In this document: piece after piece, positions 1 through 12,507 of the stretch
Numbering within the stretch: position 1 is the stretch's first letter
Layout: the number at the start of each line of letters is the position of its first letter
Notes under the pieces: model-generated
Seen by the model: only the letters and a program-made list of their open reading frames with translations
The model's database searches: none
What the model was told of the DNA's origin: nothing
Origin: Octopus sinensis
Lineage: Eukaryota
Assembly: GCF_006345805.1 (NCBI RefSeq)
Contig: NC_043021.1
Span: 1,364,001 to 1,428,000, forward strand
Length of the DNA stretch: 64,000 nucleotides
Reading direction: 5' to 3'
Translations under genes and position numbers: made by a program

Positions 1-765
1 AGCATTGGTGTAGCTTACAATGCCAAAATTTGGCACAATTCCTTCCAGGATCTTCCAGACATATATTACTGCATACCTCTCCCGTCTTCTCTCCAGGGAG
101 TAGAGTCTTAGCTGTTTCAACCTTTCCCAGTAGCTGAGCTGTTGCAAAGAGACGATCTTCTTTGTGAATCTTCTCTGGATTGCTTCAAGGTCCGCTGTTA
201 ATTTTACACTGGTTGGTGACCATAGCTGTGAGCAGTAATCCAGGCGGCTGAGGACGAATGTCCGCCAGAGGACCATCATGGTTTCCTTATCTCTGGTTCT
301 GAATGTTCTTAGGATCCATCCAGCCAGTCGTCTGCACTTTGTCGCCATCCTGGTAATGTGCACTTGGAAAGAGGTATCATCACTCATGTCGATACCCAGG
401 TCCCTCACAGACTTAGGCTCTGGGATTGAAATTCCCTGTGGACCGGTGTATCCTGTAAGTTTAATATTCAGTTTTGGATGCTGGTAGCGCAGGGCCTGGA
501 ATTTTTCAGCATTAAACTGCATATTATTATCTTCAGCCCATCTGTAGATTGAGTCCAACTCCTGCTGCAGGTGTGCAACATCGCTGGGGTTCTGTATTTT
601 CTGCGAGACTTTCGTATCGTCTGCATAGCTGGCCAGAGTGGCTATCCGGGCATTTGAGGGCATATCTGAGAGGGCCATTATAAAAAGCAGTGGTCCCAAG
701 ACAGTGCCCTGTGGAACACCGCTCACTATTTGTGTGTTCAATTTCTTTCCTGAGAGATCTTACTG
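1..765 (-). mobile_element. CR1/L2-like LINE, reverse transcriptase C-terminal fragment (decayed)
   Basis: Minus-strand frames read SGVPQGTVLGPLLFIMALSDMP, YADDTKVSQKI, WAEDNNMQFNAEKFQALRY and RRRERYAVIYVWKILEG, with frameshifts. Confidence 0.85.
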
Positions 766-769
766 CATG

Positions 770-1716
770 CAATCAAGCCCTATGCATAACACTTGTGGAA
801 ACTCACCTCAACCCTGATATAGAGGACGCAGAAGTACACATACCAAACTATGCCAAATAGTACACATACCAAACTATGCCAAATATGACAAATTCGAACT
901 GATCCACTTTGGAAGGGAGGACGCTCTGAAACTCCCATACTCCCTTCCTTCTGGAGAAATTCTCATGGCATCCAACAACATCAGAGACTTGGGAGTAACA
1001 GTGGACAACAACATAAGCTGGGCTACACATATAAGCAGCAAAGTTGACATGGCCCGCATTTTGTGTTCCTGGATTCTCAGAACCTTCCAGTCGAGAGATT
1101 CCCACACTATTATCCTTCTCTTCTCCACTTTTGCCCGACCCCACCTTGAATACTGCTGTCCACTGTGGTCTCCCTACACAAAACAAGATATTATGAGAAT
1201 TAAAGCTCCCCAAAGGTCAATTACAAAAAAGTTAGATGGCATGTCAGACCTTGACTACTGGGGTAGACTAGAGAAGCTGAAACTGTATTCACTCCAACGA
1301 CGCCGTGAACGCTACATTATCTGTATGATGTGGAAAATATTCCATCAGCACTGTCCGAATGATGTTGATACATCCAAGGCTTGGACCACGTGCCATCCGT
1401 CCACAACAAAAATCTAAATCGCACCACATAACGACAATACGGCACAACTATTTCACCTCAATTGGACCCGCTCTCTTCAACATTACACTAGGACACGTCA
1501 AAAAAGAAACTGACCACACAAAATTCAAGAAGTCTTTGGACAAATTCCTTCAAACAGTCCCGGACAAACCATCCACATCCGGATATGTCTCCGCAAACAA
1601 TAACTCTCTGCTCGAATGGGCCTTGGTATCCAAATCCTGAATTGAAAGACTTCGCCAGGTGGTGCTATCAAGCTAGACATGGCCTGGGCCAATACTGGCC
1701 AAAACCTTTCTAAGTT
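770..1716 (+). mobile_element. CR1-like LINE, internally deleted: short APE endonuclease start fused to RT C-terminus and 3' end
   Basis: LVETHLNPDIEDAEVHIPNY (EN motif) is followed by DKFELIHFG, RDLGVTVDNNISW and RPHLEYCCPLWSP. The 3' end runs into (TA)n. Same family as 36770-38684. Confidence 0.85.
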
Positions 1717-1780
1717 ATATATATACATATATATACATATATACATATATATACATATATATACATATATGTATATATAT

Positions 1781-1832
<52 letters not shown>

Positions 1833-1893
1833 CACACATATATATACATATATATATATATACACACATATATATATACATATATATATATAT
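1717..1893. repeat. (TA)n/(TACA) microsatellite
   Basis: Directly visible. Confidence 0.95.
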
Positions 1894-1929
1894 AATTAAT
1901 CAAAATAAAAACATGATGCTAAGGATTCA

Positions 1930-2007
1930 GCGGTACATATGTTTCGGGCCTTTATTAGACGGATTTATAACAATGCATAATGTGTGTCTATGGCCTTCTT
2001 CAGCCGC
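1930..2007 (-). ncRNA. Mirror-image hammerhead motif on the minus strand (left arm of the fold-back)
   Basis: Reverse complement reads GCGG-CTGAAGA-AGGCC...GGCCC-GAAA-CATATG-TA-CCGC. Confidence 0.7.
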
Positions 2008-2175
2008 GCATAATTACTACCCCAAGGACATGTATAACATCTACATTGAGAGAAGGACGAGATGGACGCTTCATTTTTGTGCTGCTGACGCATTATGTCG
2101 TACGCGAATGAGACGATTTGCATCCCCAACGTAGAATTTTTGATGTAATACATGTCCTTGGGGTAGTAATTGTGC

Positions 2176-2253
2176 GCGGCTGAAGAAGGCCATAGACACA
2201 CATTATGCATTGTTATAAATCCGTCTAATAAAGGCCTGAAACATATGTACCGC
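2176..2253 (+). ncRNA. Type I hammerhead ribozyme motif (Penelope-type, minimal palindromic stem III, extended stem II)
   Basis: GCGG-CTGAAGA-AGGCC...GGCCT-GAAA-CATATG-TA-CCGC: stem I GCGG/CCGC, intact core, GUA cleavage triplet, palindromic CATATG. Inner stem II helix TAGAC/GTCTA. Confidence 0.75.
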
Positions 2254-2371
2254 TGAATCCTTGGCATCATGTTTTTATTTTGATTAATTTACTCCACCAC
2301 CTACACCACCAAACGGTATATACAGGTGCTTACAATTATCAAGTACTCACCCTGAATTTCTGTACCCAACT

Positions 2372-2502
2372 CATATATATATATATATATATATATAATA
2401 ATATATATATATATATATATATACATATATATATACATATATACATATATATATACATATATATATTATACATATATATACATATAAATACACCACACAC
2501 AC

Positions 2503-2578
<76 letters not shown>

Positions 2579-2736
2579 CATATATATAACATATATATAT
2601 ATATACACACACACATATATACACACACATATATATATATACACACATATATATATATACACACACATATATATATATACACACACATATATATATATAC
2701 ACACATATATATATACACATATATATACATACATAT

Positions 2737-2775
<39 letters not shown>

Positions 2776-2872
2776 CATACACACACACACAACACACACA
2801 CACACACACACACACACACCACACACACACACACACACCATATATATATATATTATATATATATATATATAC
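2372..2872. repeat. Compound (TA)n/(CA)n microsatellite
   Basis: Directly visible. Confidence 0.95.
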
Positions 2873-2996
2873 TGCAAATTTAGGGTGAATACTTGATAAG
2901 TGTAAGCACGTGTATACGCCAGATAGTGGCAGAGATGAGAGAGAATATATCAAATAAAATCAAAAACAGAACACGTGTGTCAAGCTTTATAAACAA

Positions 2997-3410
2997 CTAG
3001 CAGTATCGCCCGGCGTTGCTCGGGTTTGTAAGGGAAATAACTATAAAGCATTTTTAGAGAGTTATAGCCAAAAAATAGCAAAAAAATGGGAAAAAAAATG
3101 ATGGTAAATTTTTTTTTTGATAGTTAAAAAGGTCGAGTTGCGTCCCCTAGACCATCTGTGGTTTGTGTTTCTGATTGTCGATCCCATGTCGAATTTATCG
3201 ATCTTTTTCAGAACTGGGGGAACTTTTCAAAATTTTCGCTGCGTTAGTTTTGAATTATGACATTGGGCTATGTGTGTGTCAAGTTTCATCAGAATCGGTT
3301 GAAAGCCGTGAGTCAGAGTGAGGGTACAACCAAACAGACACACAGAAACACACACAGACAAACTGCCGTTTATATAGAGAGAGACAAACTGCCGTTTATA
3401 TATAGAGAGA
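2997..3410 (-). mobile_element. Non-autonomous Helitron
   Basis: Minus strand starts TC(TCTCTATATATAAACGG) and ends with hairpin CCCGAGCAACGCCGGG then CTAG. Inserted between A and T with no TSD. Confidence 0.75.
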
Positions 3411-4105
3411 TCCGTTCTTACATCAGTGTATAATAGATATAAAAGATGGTTTAAAGCTCTCTTCAGCCGCATACATTGTTATTCCAAAGAGTTACATCAC
3501 ACTATAAAAATATGAAAATTACATGTAGTATTACCCATTATAATAGGTATATCATATCTCCCTGAGAAAGTATATTTGTAAAGTTTCGTAACTGTATAAC
3601 TGTATAAAGATTCATTGGATTTCGAAAATCTTCCCATACTGTATCACCAGTCAACATAGAGTAGGACCCTCTTTCGTTTCTGGTACTGGTTGATATCTAT
3701 GTATATTTCCTTTTTGATGTTTGTTGCTCCGTGTGTTTTAGTTTTCTTGCTTCATGTTTTGTCAGTTCTAACCGCTTGATAGCCGAATTAACAGGTTTCA
3801 CGTATAGCTTGGAAGAGATGCAAGTTTTAATGAAATGGAGCCTGTCGGGTAGCTATTTTGATTTTTAGACAGCAGAACACGGCGTTTTTCAGCGTCTCGC
3901 TAGCGTGGCCAAAGTTTATTTTATTTCGTTTTTGTATTTGGTTTGCAAGAGTCTTTATGTGAATTCGTGCGTTAAATAAGTAAATGAGGGGAAATCGAAC
4001 CGGTGAGTGTGTTAAATAATCAGGCACTAAAAGAGGATGACTCTCTCTAGACACCAAAAATACACACACACCACACACACATACATCCAACCACGTGGTT
4101 TCACA

Positions 4106-4210
<105 letters not shown>

Positions 4211-4239
4211 GTGTGTGTGTGCGTGTGTGTGTGGTGTGA

Positions 4240-4537
4240 TGTAAAGGAAGAAAAAAGACAGAAGCGAAGAGAGAATTACGGTAGTCTTACCTGTCGGTCT
4301 GGAAAAAGGGGACGCGATCTCCAAGGTTCACTCCACGTCCACGTGCGCTATCCGATGCTCTACCTTCTCACTCGTCCGCTCTGATGTGCTGATCGCCGCC
4401 GACTGACCTTCGTGCTGCACTGAATGCCGCATGTCCACCGCAGCATTTCCGGTGGGATCCACAAGCCCCACTTCTGACAGGACATGCCTACTCCCTCACT
4501 TTCGATCCTTCTCTACAACACCGCCTGGCTCATAACA
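4240..4537 (-). mobile_element. 3' LTR of Gypsy element
   Basis: Minus strand: polypurine tract AAGGGGGGG immediately followed by TGTTATGAG...TTTACA (TG...CA). Confidence 0.6.
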
Positions 4538-5561
4538 CCCCCCCCTTGCAGTTAACCAACGAGGAAGGCACCGCTCCCTCTGTGACCGCCGTGGGACTTC
4601 AGGACTGGCCTCAGTGCCTGGCATGTTCCTGCCGGTTTCGTCCTCTTGTCTATTACTGTTGGCCCCATCTTCCGTCGCAGTGAAGACCCTGCGCACATCC
4701 AAAACATGTCGTGGCATGCCATCTACAGATACGTTGTTCCTCGAATTCACAGAGATTATTGTCCCCTTTTCCCAGTGTGATGTGCACCGTGTATTTGGGG
4801 GCTTAACCCAGACTTCTTCCCCGACCTGCACAAATCATCTCCTTCTCTTCTGCGGGACGCGGCGATGCAGTACATGGATGCCCCCACTCGTACTTAAATA
4901 TTGCCCTGTGTGACACTGATTCCTCAGCCTGTCCCGTCCTGGGCGACATATTATACCAAAATACGGCCTCGACCGGTGAGATGTGGCCCCTCTCTGCTAT
5001 GGTTTTGATGGTACGATGATGCCTCTCCACAACCCCATTGCCACTTGGCCGGTATGCCGCCCTGATGAAACGGTTGACATGCCACTTGTCGAGCATTTCC
5101 CCCAGCACCTCCGAGCGAAACGCAGTGCCATTGTCCTTAAGCAGCTCACCCACAGGGCTTTGTTCTAGGAATACCTCATTCAGTATTCTTGTGATCTCCT
5201 CCTCGGTCTCCGTCTTCATCTCCCTCCATATGGCCAACCGCCCCGGTCCGCAGTCGACCATCAAAAGGTGTGACCCCTGCCGGTAGTGCGTCACGTCCAC
5301 TGCTAGTTGTTTCCAGTTGTGTTCCACTGGAATGCTTCCTGCCTCATGCACACCCGGAGCGGGGTCAATGGACTGGCACCTGTCGCAGCTCCCAACTACT
5401 CTTTGCACACTCTGCCTGGTCACGTCAGAGTCAACTTCCCTGGCTAGGAACAGGGTCCTGTCCACTCCCATGTGATTCATGGTATGCAATCTCCTCAGCT
5501 CCGGGTCACTCAGTCGACACACCGCAGCCACTCCTTGCTCCAGATCCTCTGGTACCTGCAA
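4538..5561 (-). mobile_element. Ty3/Gypsy integrase fragment
   Basis: ORF 4803-5561: HTMNHMG..CDRCQ (HHCC), LAVDVTHY, KDNGTAFRS, YRPSGNGVVERHHRTIK. Frameshifted GPY/F-like tail GEEVWVKPP. Confidence 0.9.
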
Positions 5562-5562
5562 C

Positions 5563-7700
5563 CAGAATTTTATAAAAATCAGAAGATAAGGCGAGGAACC
5601 GCTCTACGAATACGTAGAAAACTGCTGAGATAGTTCTCCTGCCCATGTACCTTGTGAGACGCACTTCCAAGGTAATACCACCAGAAATAGATGAGGGAGA
5701 AATATCACCAGAAATAGATGTAGCGTGGCTCATCGACGCAATTGTGTTGGGTTTGGAGGATAAAATAACAATTCTACAAGCCTTAAATAACAGAATTGGC
5801 TGTGGTAGACCTTGAAATTGCTAATCCAGGCTACCACTAGATATTTCGCGGAGATAGTAAATACAATTGCGGTAGGGGAGGTAATAAAATTGAATGATGA
5901 TGGAGGACAGATAAAATGACTCCTTACCAAAAAAAAAAACAACTGCATCTCCCCTACCAAAGGAGCGACCAACTGAAACAATACAGAGGCCAGATACGAA
6001 ACCAATACTAGGGAGTCAGTGGAGAGAATACAAACGGAGGAAGTTAAGGATGAAGAAGGTAGCGAATGCAAATTGGTAGAAGGAAAAAAGAGAAAACAAC
6101 AGACCCCATCCCCACAGAAGCACTAACACACACGCAAGACACCACAACTACACATACACGCATACACACAAAAAAATCCATACAAGATAAAACACTCACC
6201 AACACCCCCACTCCACATGGCTATAACAGCCATAAATAGTAAAAACAGACGACTTAAGCCGGCAATCCCATCAAACATTAAATTTTGCTGAATTAATTTT
6301 AAAAATTACGAACGGTTAAAAAATTCTCACCTAAACGACGTTGGTCCTTGAGTGAGAAACTTCTCGGACGTATTATACAAGGACCTCTTAAAACCCACCA
6401 CCCATACCTGAACCAGTCGAGGCGAGGTCTTCTCCTCAACCCGAATAAAACTGTAAGTATCCTTTTATTTTTATATTTCGCTCAACTTAGATTGTTTAAA
6501 GACTCGCGGCCTGGGGTCGAACTGGAAACAAGGACGTCTCCTTAACGACCTCAGGTCGCATCTGACTGATGTAATAGCCATTACTGAGACCAGACTGGGT
6601 GGACTGCAGGCCTTTTCACTCCTCCTAAATGACTACGAGAAATTTATTTCTCTATATCAACCTGGAGGGGAAGGGGTAGCAGTGCTACACAGGAATGCGC
6701 TCAATTTGGAAGCTAGGACAATCTTTGTTGAGCCGGAGGACAGGTTGGTCGTTCTTGAAGTGATGCACAGCAGTGGTAAGTCTTTCAGTTTGGTAGCTGT
6801 CTACTCCCCTTGCAGGACTAGACAGTCTGACTTTTTCAGAAGTTTGGAGAATTTTTTCGGTACGTCGCACACTTTGTTAGGTGAGTTTAACGCAATCTGT
6901 GATGCACGCGTAGGGGTTGTGATACTTTTCAGAATGGTTCCAAACGGGTGGGGGACATAATTGATAATTTTAGGCCCATCACTCTACTGAACGTAGAGCT
7001 GAAAATTTTGGCCAAGGTACAAGCAAATAGATTGGTGAGGGTCGTGGAAAGACTCGTTGGGGAGGCGCAAACTTGCTCCAACCCGACAGGTCTATACACA
7101 ACAATCTCCATCATCTACGTTATACCTTAGGGTTGATAGAATTACTGGCAAGGGTGGGACGTTGGTCCATTTAGAACAATCTAAAACCTTTGATAGGGTA
7201 GACCATCAGTATTTGGCAGTGATCCTCGCGGCGGCCGGGTTGGCCTTACCTTTCGCAGATGGATCAACAGCATTGATATAACAGTATTGAGTCGGTTGTT
7301 CGGGTGAACAACCGTTCTGCATCGTGCAATCGGTACATCAAGGATAACAAGTTGGAACGAATGCTTTTCCGCTTCTCGTAGAAGGACAGGGGGCCGCTTG
7401 TAAGGCGCTCTATCTGCTGCCAACAACCTCTAAAGGGTGATTAAGGGATGCCGTGGCTAAAAATGTGCAGGCGTGCGCTGTGGCTGAGGCATCTCTGTTT
7501 CTATATGGACGGTGAGCGGGTGTGGTCTCTGTTCGTTAAATTGATACTTCCCAGGTTCACTTCTTTCGGTAAACTGGAACCATGGATCAAGCGCAGACCA
7601 AGGCTGAGAGCTTCGTAAGCAGAGTGCCGGTAGGTGCTCGTTCTTCTCTCTCGCACGAGTAATGCCAGCTGCGTGGATTCGGCCTAAGTTTTCTATACAT
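5563..7700 (+). mobile_element. Decayed L1/Tx1-type LINE: ORF1 remnant plus APE endonuclease and RT remnants
   Basis: ORF1 remnant VLLPMYL..RTSKV..PPEIDVAWLIDAIVLGLEDKITIL. ORF2 remnants DVIAITETRL, GEFNAICD, NFRPITLLNVELKILAKVQANRL and QSKTFDRVDHQYL. Confidence 0.8.
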
Positions 7701-7789
7701 TTATAAAAATCTGACATTTATAAAATCTGACAGTGCATGATGAAGAAACAAACTTTGAAAATTTCATAGAACCGGTATTTTGTTTCAAC

Positions 7790-9208
7790 ATTACTATCAA
7801 GGTTTTTTTTTTCCACTTATTTTTGCCGTCTTGAGCAAAAGTGGGATTATGACAAGGAGGATTCAGTTATTACTGCTAATCCATCAAAACTCAGAAAAAC
7901 TACCAACAAAGTTCAGCAATATCATGTACACTACTTGCAATATGGATTTATTACTTCACCTTCCGATTATCGGCGACCGATGTATCTTTTCTGTGAAAAT
8001 ATATTGTCAAATGGAGCTATGAAACGCGTCACGTTTAAAGGAGTACTTTAAAAAAAAAAAACAAAAAAAAAACATCATGAGAAAACAAGCATGATTAATT
8101 AAAATAACAACGAATGAAGGATGCATTTGAAAGACGCCCTACCCTAAATACATTTAAAGCACCTAAGCCTGAAATTGAGACTAATATCATTGCTTCATCC
8201 AGGATATCAAAATTTATAACTAAATGTGGAAAACCGCACACAATTGAAGAAACTCTGATAATGCACTCAATCCTCGAAATTCTTACGACTGTTCTTAAAG
8301 CTGACACAAAGACTTTGAAATCAGTTCCACTTAGCAACAATACATGTTGACTTCATACGCGGTGATGTGGCTTACTTGGCTGATATATTTACAAGATGAA
8401 CGTTTTAAATTTGCAACTGCAAAGGAATAATTTTACCCTCATTCAAGCGAAAAGTGCAATCAGTTTCATAAGCAAAATCAAACTGTACAAACAAAACCTG
8501 GGAAGGAAGGAGTTTTGTCAGTTTCCGTCCATGAAAAGCATTTCACACGTATTTACTGAATATGATCTGAGAGCCTATTGTGCACATCTACAGCAACTCA
8601 GTGATGACTTTCAGACAAGATTTAAAGATTTGATGGAATTGAATATTCCTGATTGGGTAAAGAAGCCATCTGTGTGCAAACCAGAGGAACAAAATATTGA
8701 TTTGCAGAAGGACATTGTCGAGTTACAATGTGACGAAGAAGGAAAGATGATCTTTGAAAATGAAGGCCTGCATGAAATGTGGTTGCATTGCAGTGTGAAG
8801 TTTTCTTTACTCTGGAATGAAGCAATGCTATTTTTCATTATATTCCCATCATCTTACCTGATGAAGAAGGTATTTAGCGCGGTAAACCAAGTTTTTACTA
8901 AAAGCAGAAACTGATTAGGCGTCGTACTACAGCCTGGTGATTTACGACTTCTTTTGTGAAATTTAGAACCAAGTATTCTTAAACTTGCGGCTGATCACCA
9001 GCAGGGATCACACTGATGTGCAAGCATCCAATGCAGTCGGTAAATGTTGCTGTCAATAAAATGTATACATGTAAAATCTTGTTCTATTTCTAAATAAATC
9101 ATAAGAAACATTACTTCCGTCAGCGCTCATATTGGATTGGCGGGGCGGTGAAGGCATCCAAATGTTCTGGGGTGGGGGCGTTTGTCATAAAAAGGTTGGG
9201 AAACACTG
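7790..9208 (+). mobile_element. hAT (Buster/Charlie-like) DNA transposon remnant, internally deleted
   Basis: YLQYGFI..RP..FCENILSNGAMK, KCGKPHTIEETLI..KSVPLSNNT, and the C-terminal LNLQLQ...FPSSYL segment. Right TIR GGTTGGGAAACACTG ends at 9208. Confidence 0.8.
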
Positions 9209-10657
9209 CTTTAAGTTATCAGTTCGAATCCTGTAGATGTCAGCATTGCATTTCAGCTTTCAGTGTCGATATGCAAAAAGTAACAGTCAAGTACTTGGTT
9301 CATCTAATGTTCTATAAAGCATCATAGATATTACTAATCTTTTAGCTGGTGAGTTCCTCTAAGACAACATGCAGCTTGGGCCAGTGCTTCTCCAAATGGG
9401 TCGAACCGATCCGGAGAGGGGCGTTGAAGAGTAAATCTTTATGAGTCCTAGGGACAAAGAAGCGCTAAGTGCACTAATACAGATTTTTAGCTTTGTATCC
9501 TGTTTAAAATAGATTTTAAAAATTCGAATGTAATAAACCGCTTGTTAGCCTCAATCACAACACTGACAATAGCCAACCACACAAAGCAATAATAATAAAT
9601 GATAGATTTTATACTGTGAATAAGTAAATAAGCAAAACTGAATATCTATCACTTATGAATGTAAATTGTGAATAAAAGTACAATTTAAAAGACTGTCAAG
9701 ATTTGTAGGTAGGTGCAATAAAGACTGCTACTGCATCTGCAACAAGTTTGATTTGTGTGTACAGACACATGCTTAGGAATAAGGGCTGTTTTGAATTTTG
9801 TCGAACGTTGCAAGGGTTGAACAAGAAATTAAAAGAAAAAGAGCAATAAATAACACTTAATTTTATAGTAATGATACGACTTTAGTCACAAGAGAAATAT
9901 TTAATTCCATCTCAAATGCAAGTGTGTAAATAAACGGAGATCAGTTTGGAATAATTCACAACGTAATTATTTTCAGAAATTTCAAATCACTTCCGTGATA
10001 ATGGAAACACGAAAACTTACCTATTTCTGTCTGCAGAGCTAACCAGTTTATTTACTTATAACTAAGAGCAATTTGTACGAATGCGTGGCAAGTAATTAAG
10101 TGTCGATATTTATAGGGTAATTTCTCGAAAATTAACGCGTGTTTGCTGACGTGGACAACTCCGATTGGTTTACAATTCATTTCTTTCTTCCATGTGATAG
10201 TGACGTAGAATACGAAGATGTGAATGACTGTAAGAGGGATTCAGTTTTATTGCTGTTTTAGTCTTACTTCAAATAAAGTTTTAATGTTTTGCTTTAACTC
10301 ATTTTGTACTGGCTTATTTGACTCTGCTTCTCATAGCCATTATCTGTGATCTTTCATATCATTATTGTGTGATTTTCAATTGATTTAGCTTCTAAGACAG
10401 CTGTATGTATTTAAGATAAAGCATGTGAATGGTATTGCGGCTTCGTGTAGAAATCCAGGCGAGCGGAGTCACAATCACTACTGTAATAACAAAGACGAAC
10501 AATGGTTTAAACTTTAGAACCTTTTATTTTCTACTCATACGTTACACTCTGCACGTATTGCCCGTGAACATACAAATGTACGGCAAGTGTATGGTAGACT
10601 GCAAAATTTAAAAAAATACAAAAATACGATAAACTTAAATACAAAACTATTTGAACA

Positions 10658-10736
10658 GTCCTCCTGGGGCTACAAGCTACAGTAGCATCCACCCTCAAGG
10701 GTTAGCCAAATTTAAGTGATAAATATACTTCACGAT
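10658..10736 (+). repeat. 79-bp direct repeat, copy 1 (host of the ORF1-only array)
   Basis: GTCCTCCTGGG...CTTCACGAT matches 14667-14745 with about 7 mismatches. Confidence 0.85.
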
Positions 10737-10880
10737 GTCATGCAGCTACTGCTTATACCTCGCTCAGAGAATTATTATTGCTTGTCTACACTTTTTCGAG
10801 ATCAGTGACTTTTCGTCACTGGAAAAAGAATGTATATATTTGCGTTGGGAACCACTCCAGATCGGCAACCGGTGATTGTC

Positions 10881-12493
10881 GCGCGGAAGTGTTTGTGTCG
10901 GTTTTTTCGGATTTGCGGTTGTGAGTTGAATTTTGTTGATTATTGTTGTTGAAAAATGTTGCGTCGTGTTGAATTGTTGAATTATTTGTTGGGTATGCAA
11001 GCCCAAACTTATGCGGGAGCAGCAGGCAAGGGCCTGGCTGCCAACGAATTACAGTTGGAAGAAATAATTATCGAGAAGGAAAATTTGAGGAAATACTACG
11101 ACAGTTTCAAAAAGGAAGGAGACCGTCTGAGGGTTACACCACCTGAAGACGAATTGAAAAAAGCGGAGAAAAAAATCATAACATACAGAACAAGGAATGT
11201 GGTCTCAAAGAGAATAGAAGTAGCAGAGGTGGAAGAGATTGAAAAATGTCTACAAGAAATTAAAGGAAGAACTACCTTCTACAATAGAGGTAGAAAATAC
11301 GCTACGGTGGACGTTCGCTTCTAAAATGAAGACGAAGCGAAAAGGAACGCAACGACAGTGTTGAGATCGGAAAAAATGGGTTTTATTCCCTAGTTATTGT
11401 GGAAAAAGAGTAGTGAGGATACGAATAAGCAAAATCCCACCGGAACTTGATACCGAAAGAATAGTAGCTGAATAATCTACAACTGCAAGGAGAGCATGGA
11501 CATACTTAAGGTGGAAAAGTCGAATGAAATAAACTGGTGGGGTTATGCGGTGCAAGCTTTAGTCCACATAACCATGCCAGATTTGTATAACATCCCGGAG
11601 GAGTTGGTGTTCCCCGACGAGACACGACTGAGAGTCGTGGTGGAGGGGAGACCTCCAGTGTGTTATAAATGTAAGAGAAGAGGGCACATGAAGGATGTGT
11701 GTCCTGAAGGAGAAATACAAGAGAAGATGATCCTGGAGGAAGCAATAAGAGCTTTGACAGAGGATTTAGGAGATAATATGAAAAGTGACGACGAGTTAGT
11801 GAAGAACAGAAGAAAAAGAGGATAGAAAGCGAACACGGGTGGAATCACCACCCAAAGACCAAAAAGAGAAAAAAAACTAAAAAGAAGTATGCTGACGAGA
11901 CAGAGGATCGAACGCACGAAGGGAGAGATACAGCAACTAAAGTGAGTGAAGGTTCAAGGTGGAGGAAGCGGTAAAATGGTCAACAAAAGTGGAAGAATGT
12001 CTGAAAACATGCAAGGAAGGAGGAAGACCCAAAGGAAAGAATCTCAGAGCTGTAATATTGTACACAAAAATAAAGAAATTGAGAAAAAATTAGCAGTAAC
12101 GAAGAATCTAACGAGAGTGAAATTGAACCCGAGGATGTACGATGACAAAACAAAGGCTGCAATAGTGGAAAGAGAGACGGTAAATAAATTAAGAAAATTA
12201 TTTTCAGATACAGTTGTAACCATAAAGCATTACGTTCGATATGACAGTTTGCCCGGCGTTATAGAGCAAGATGAATTACTCGTTTAAATTACGGACGAAC
12301 ACCCAGGATAGTATAACTGTAATTGTAAGTGAAACTGCGAGCTTTGGGGGGCTCGTAAGCCATTTCATTTAATTCATGGTTAATATTTCATTTCATATAA
12401 TCCTTTTTGTATTTTTATTATATGTACCCCATGTCCTGTATTTTATTGTTATGTCCCCTCTTCATTCAGGCCATTGTGCCTATAATAAAGAGA
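10881..12493 (+). mobile_element. ORF1-only non-LTR element, unit A (decayed gag-like ORF with CCHC zinc knuckle)
   Basis: GT-rich 5' UTR, then ATG 10995 MQAQTYAGAA. CYKCKRRGHMKDVC at 11661-11702. C-terminal domain ends at 12287. The 3' UTR ends TGTCCCCTC..TGTGCCTATAATAAAGAG. No EN/RT present. Confidence 0.75.
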
Positions 12494-12507
12494 AACCGGT
12501 GATTGTC

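Larger units (their letters stand above)
1894..2289. mobile_element. Fold-back (inverted pLTR-like) element with ~148-bp arms
   Basis: 1894-2041 is the near-exact reverse complement of 2142-2289 (about 4 substitutions), with a ~100-bp spacer. Confidence 0.85.

Noticed and set aside
3415-3800. Minus-strand GCGG-CTGAAGA-GAGC hammerhead half and a possible GIY-YIG remnant
   Set aside because: The 3' half of the ribozyme is absent and the protein resemblance is too weak to call.
10090-10620. Possible solo LTRs
   Set aside because: Composition is LTR-like, but I could not fix TG...CA ends, a TSD or a partner LTR.
10867-10880. AACCGGTGATTGTC as part of U2, tRNA, 5S or rRNA (known Tx1 targets)
   Set aside because: The reconstructed empty site does not resemble any of these RNAs that I can recognise; an Rfam search is needed.
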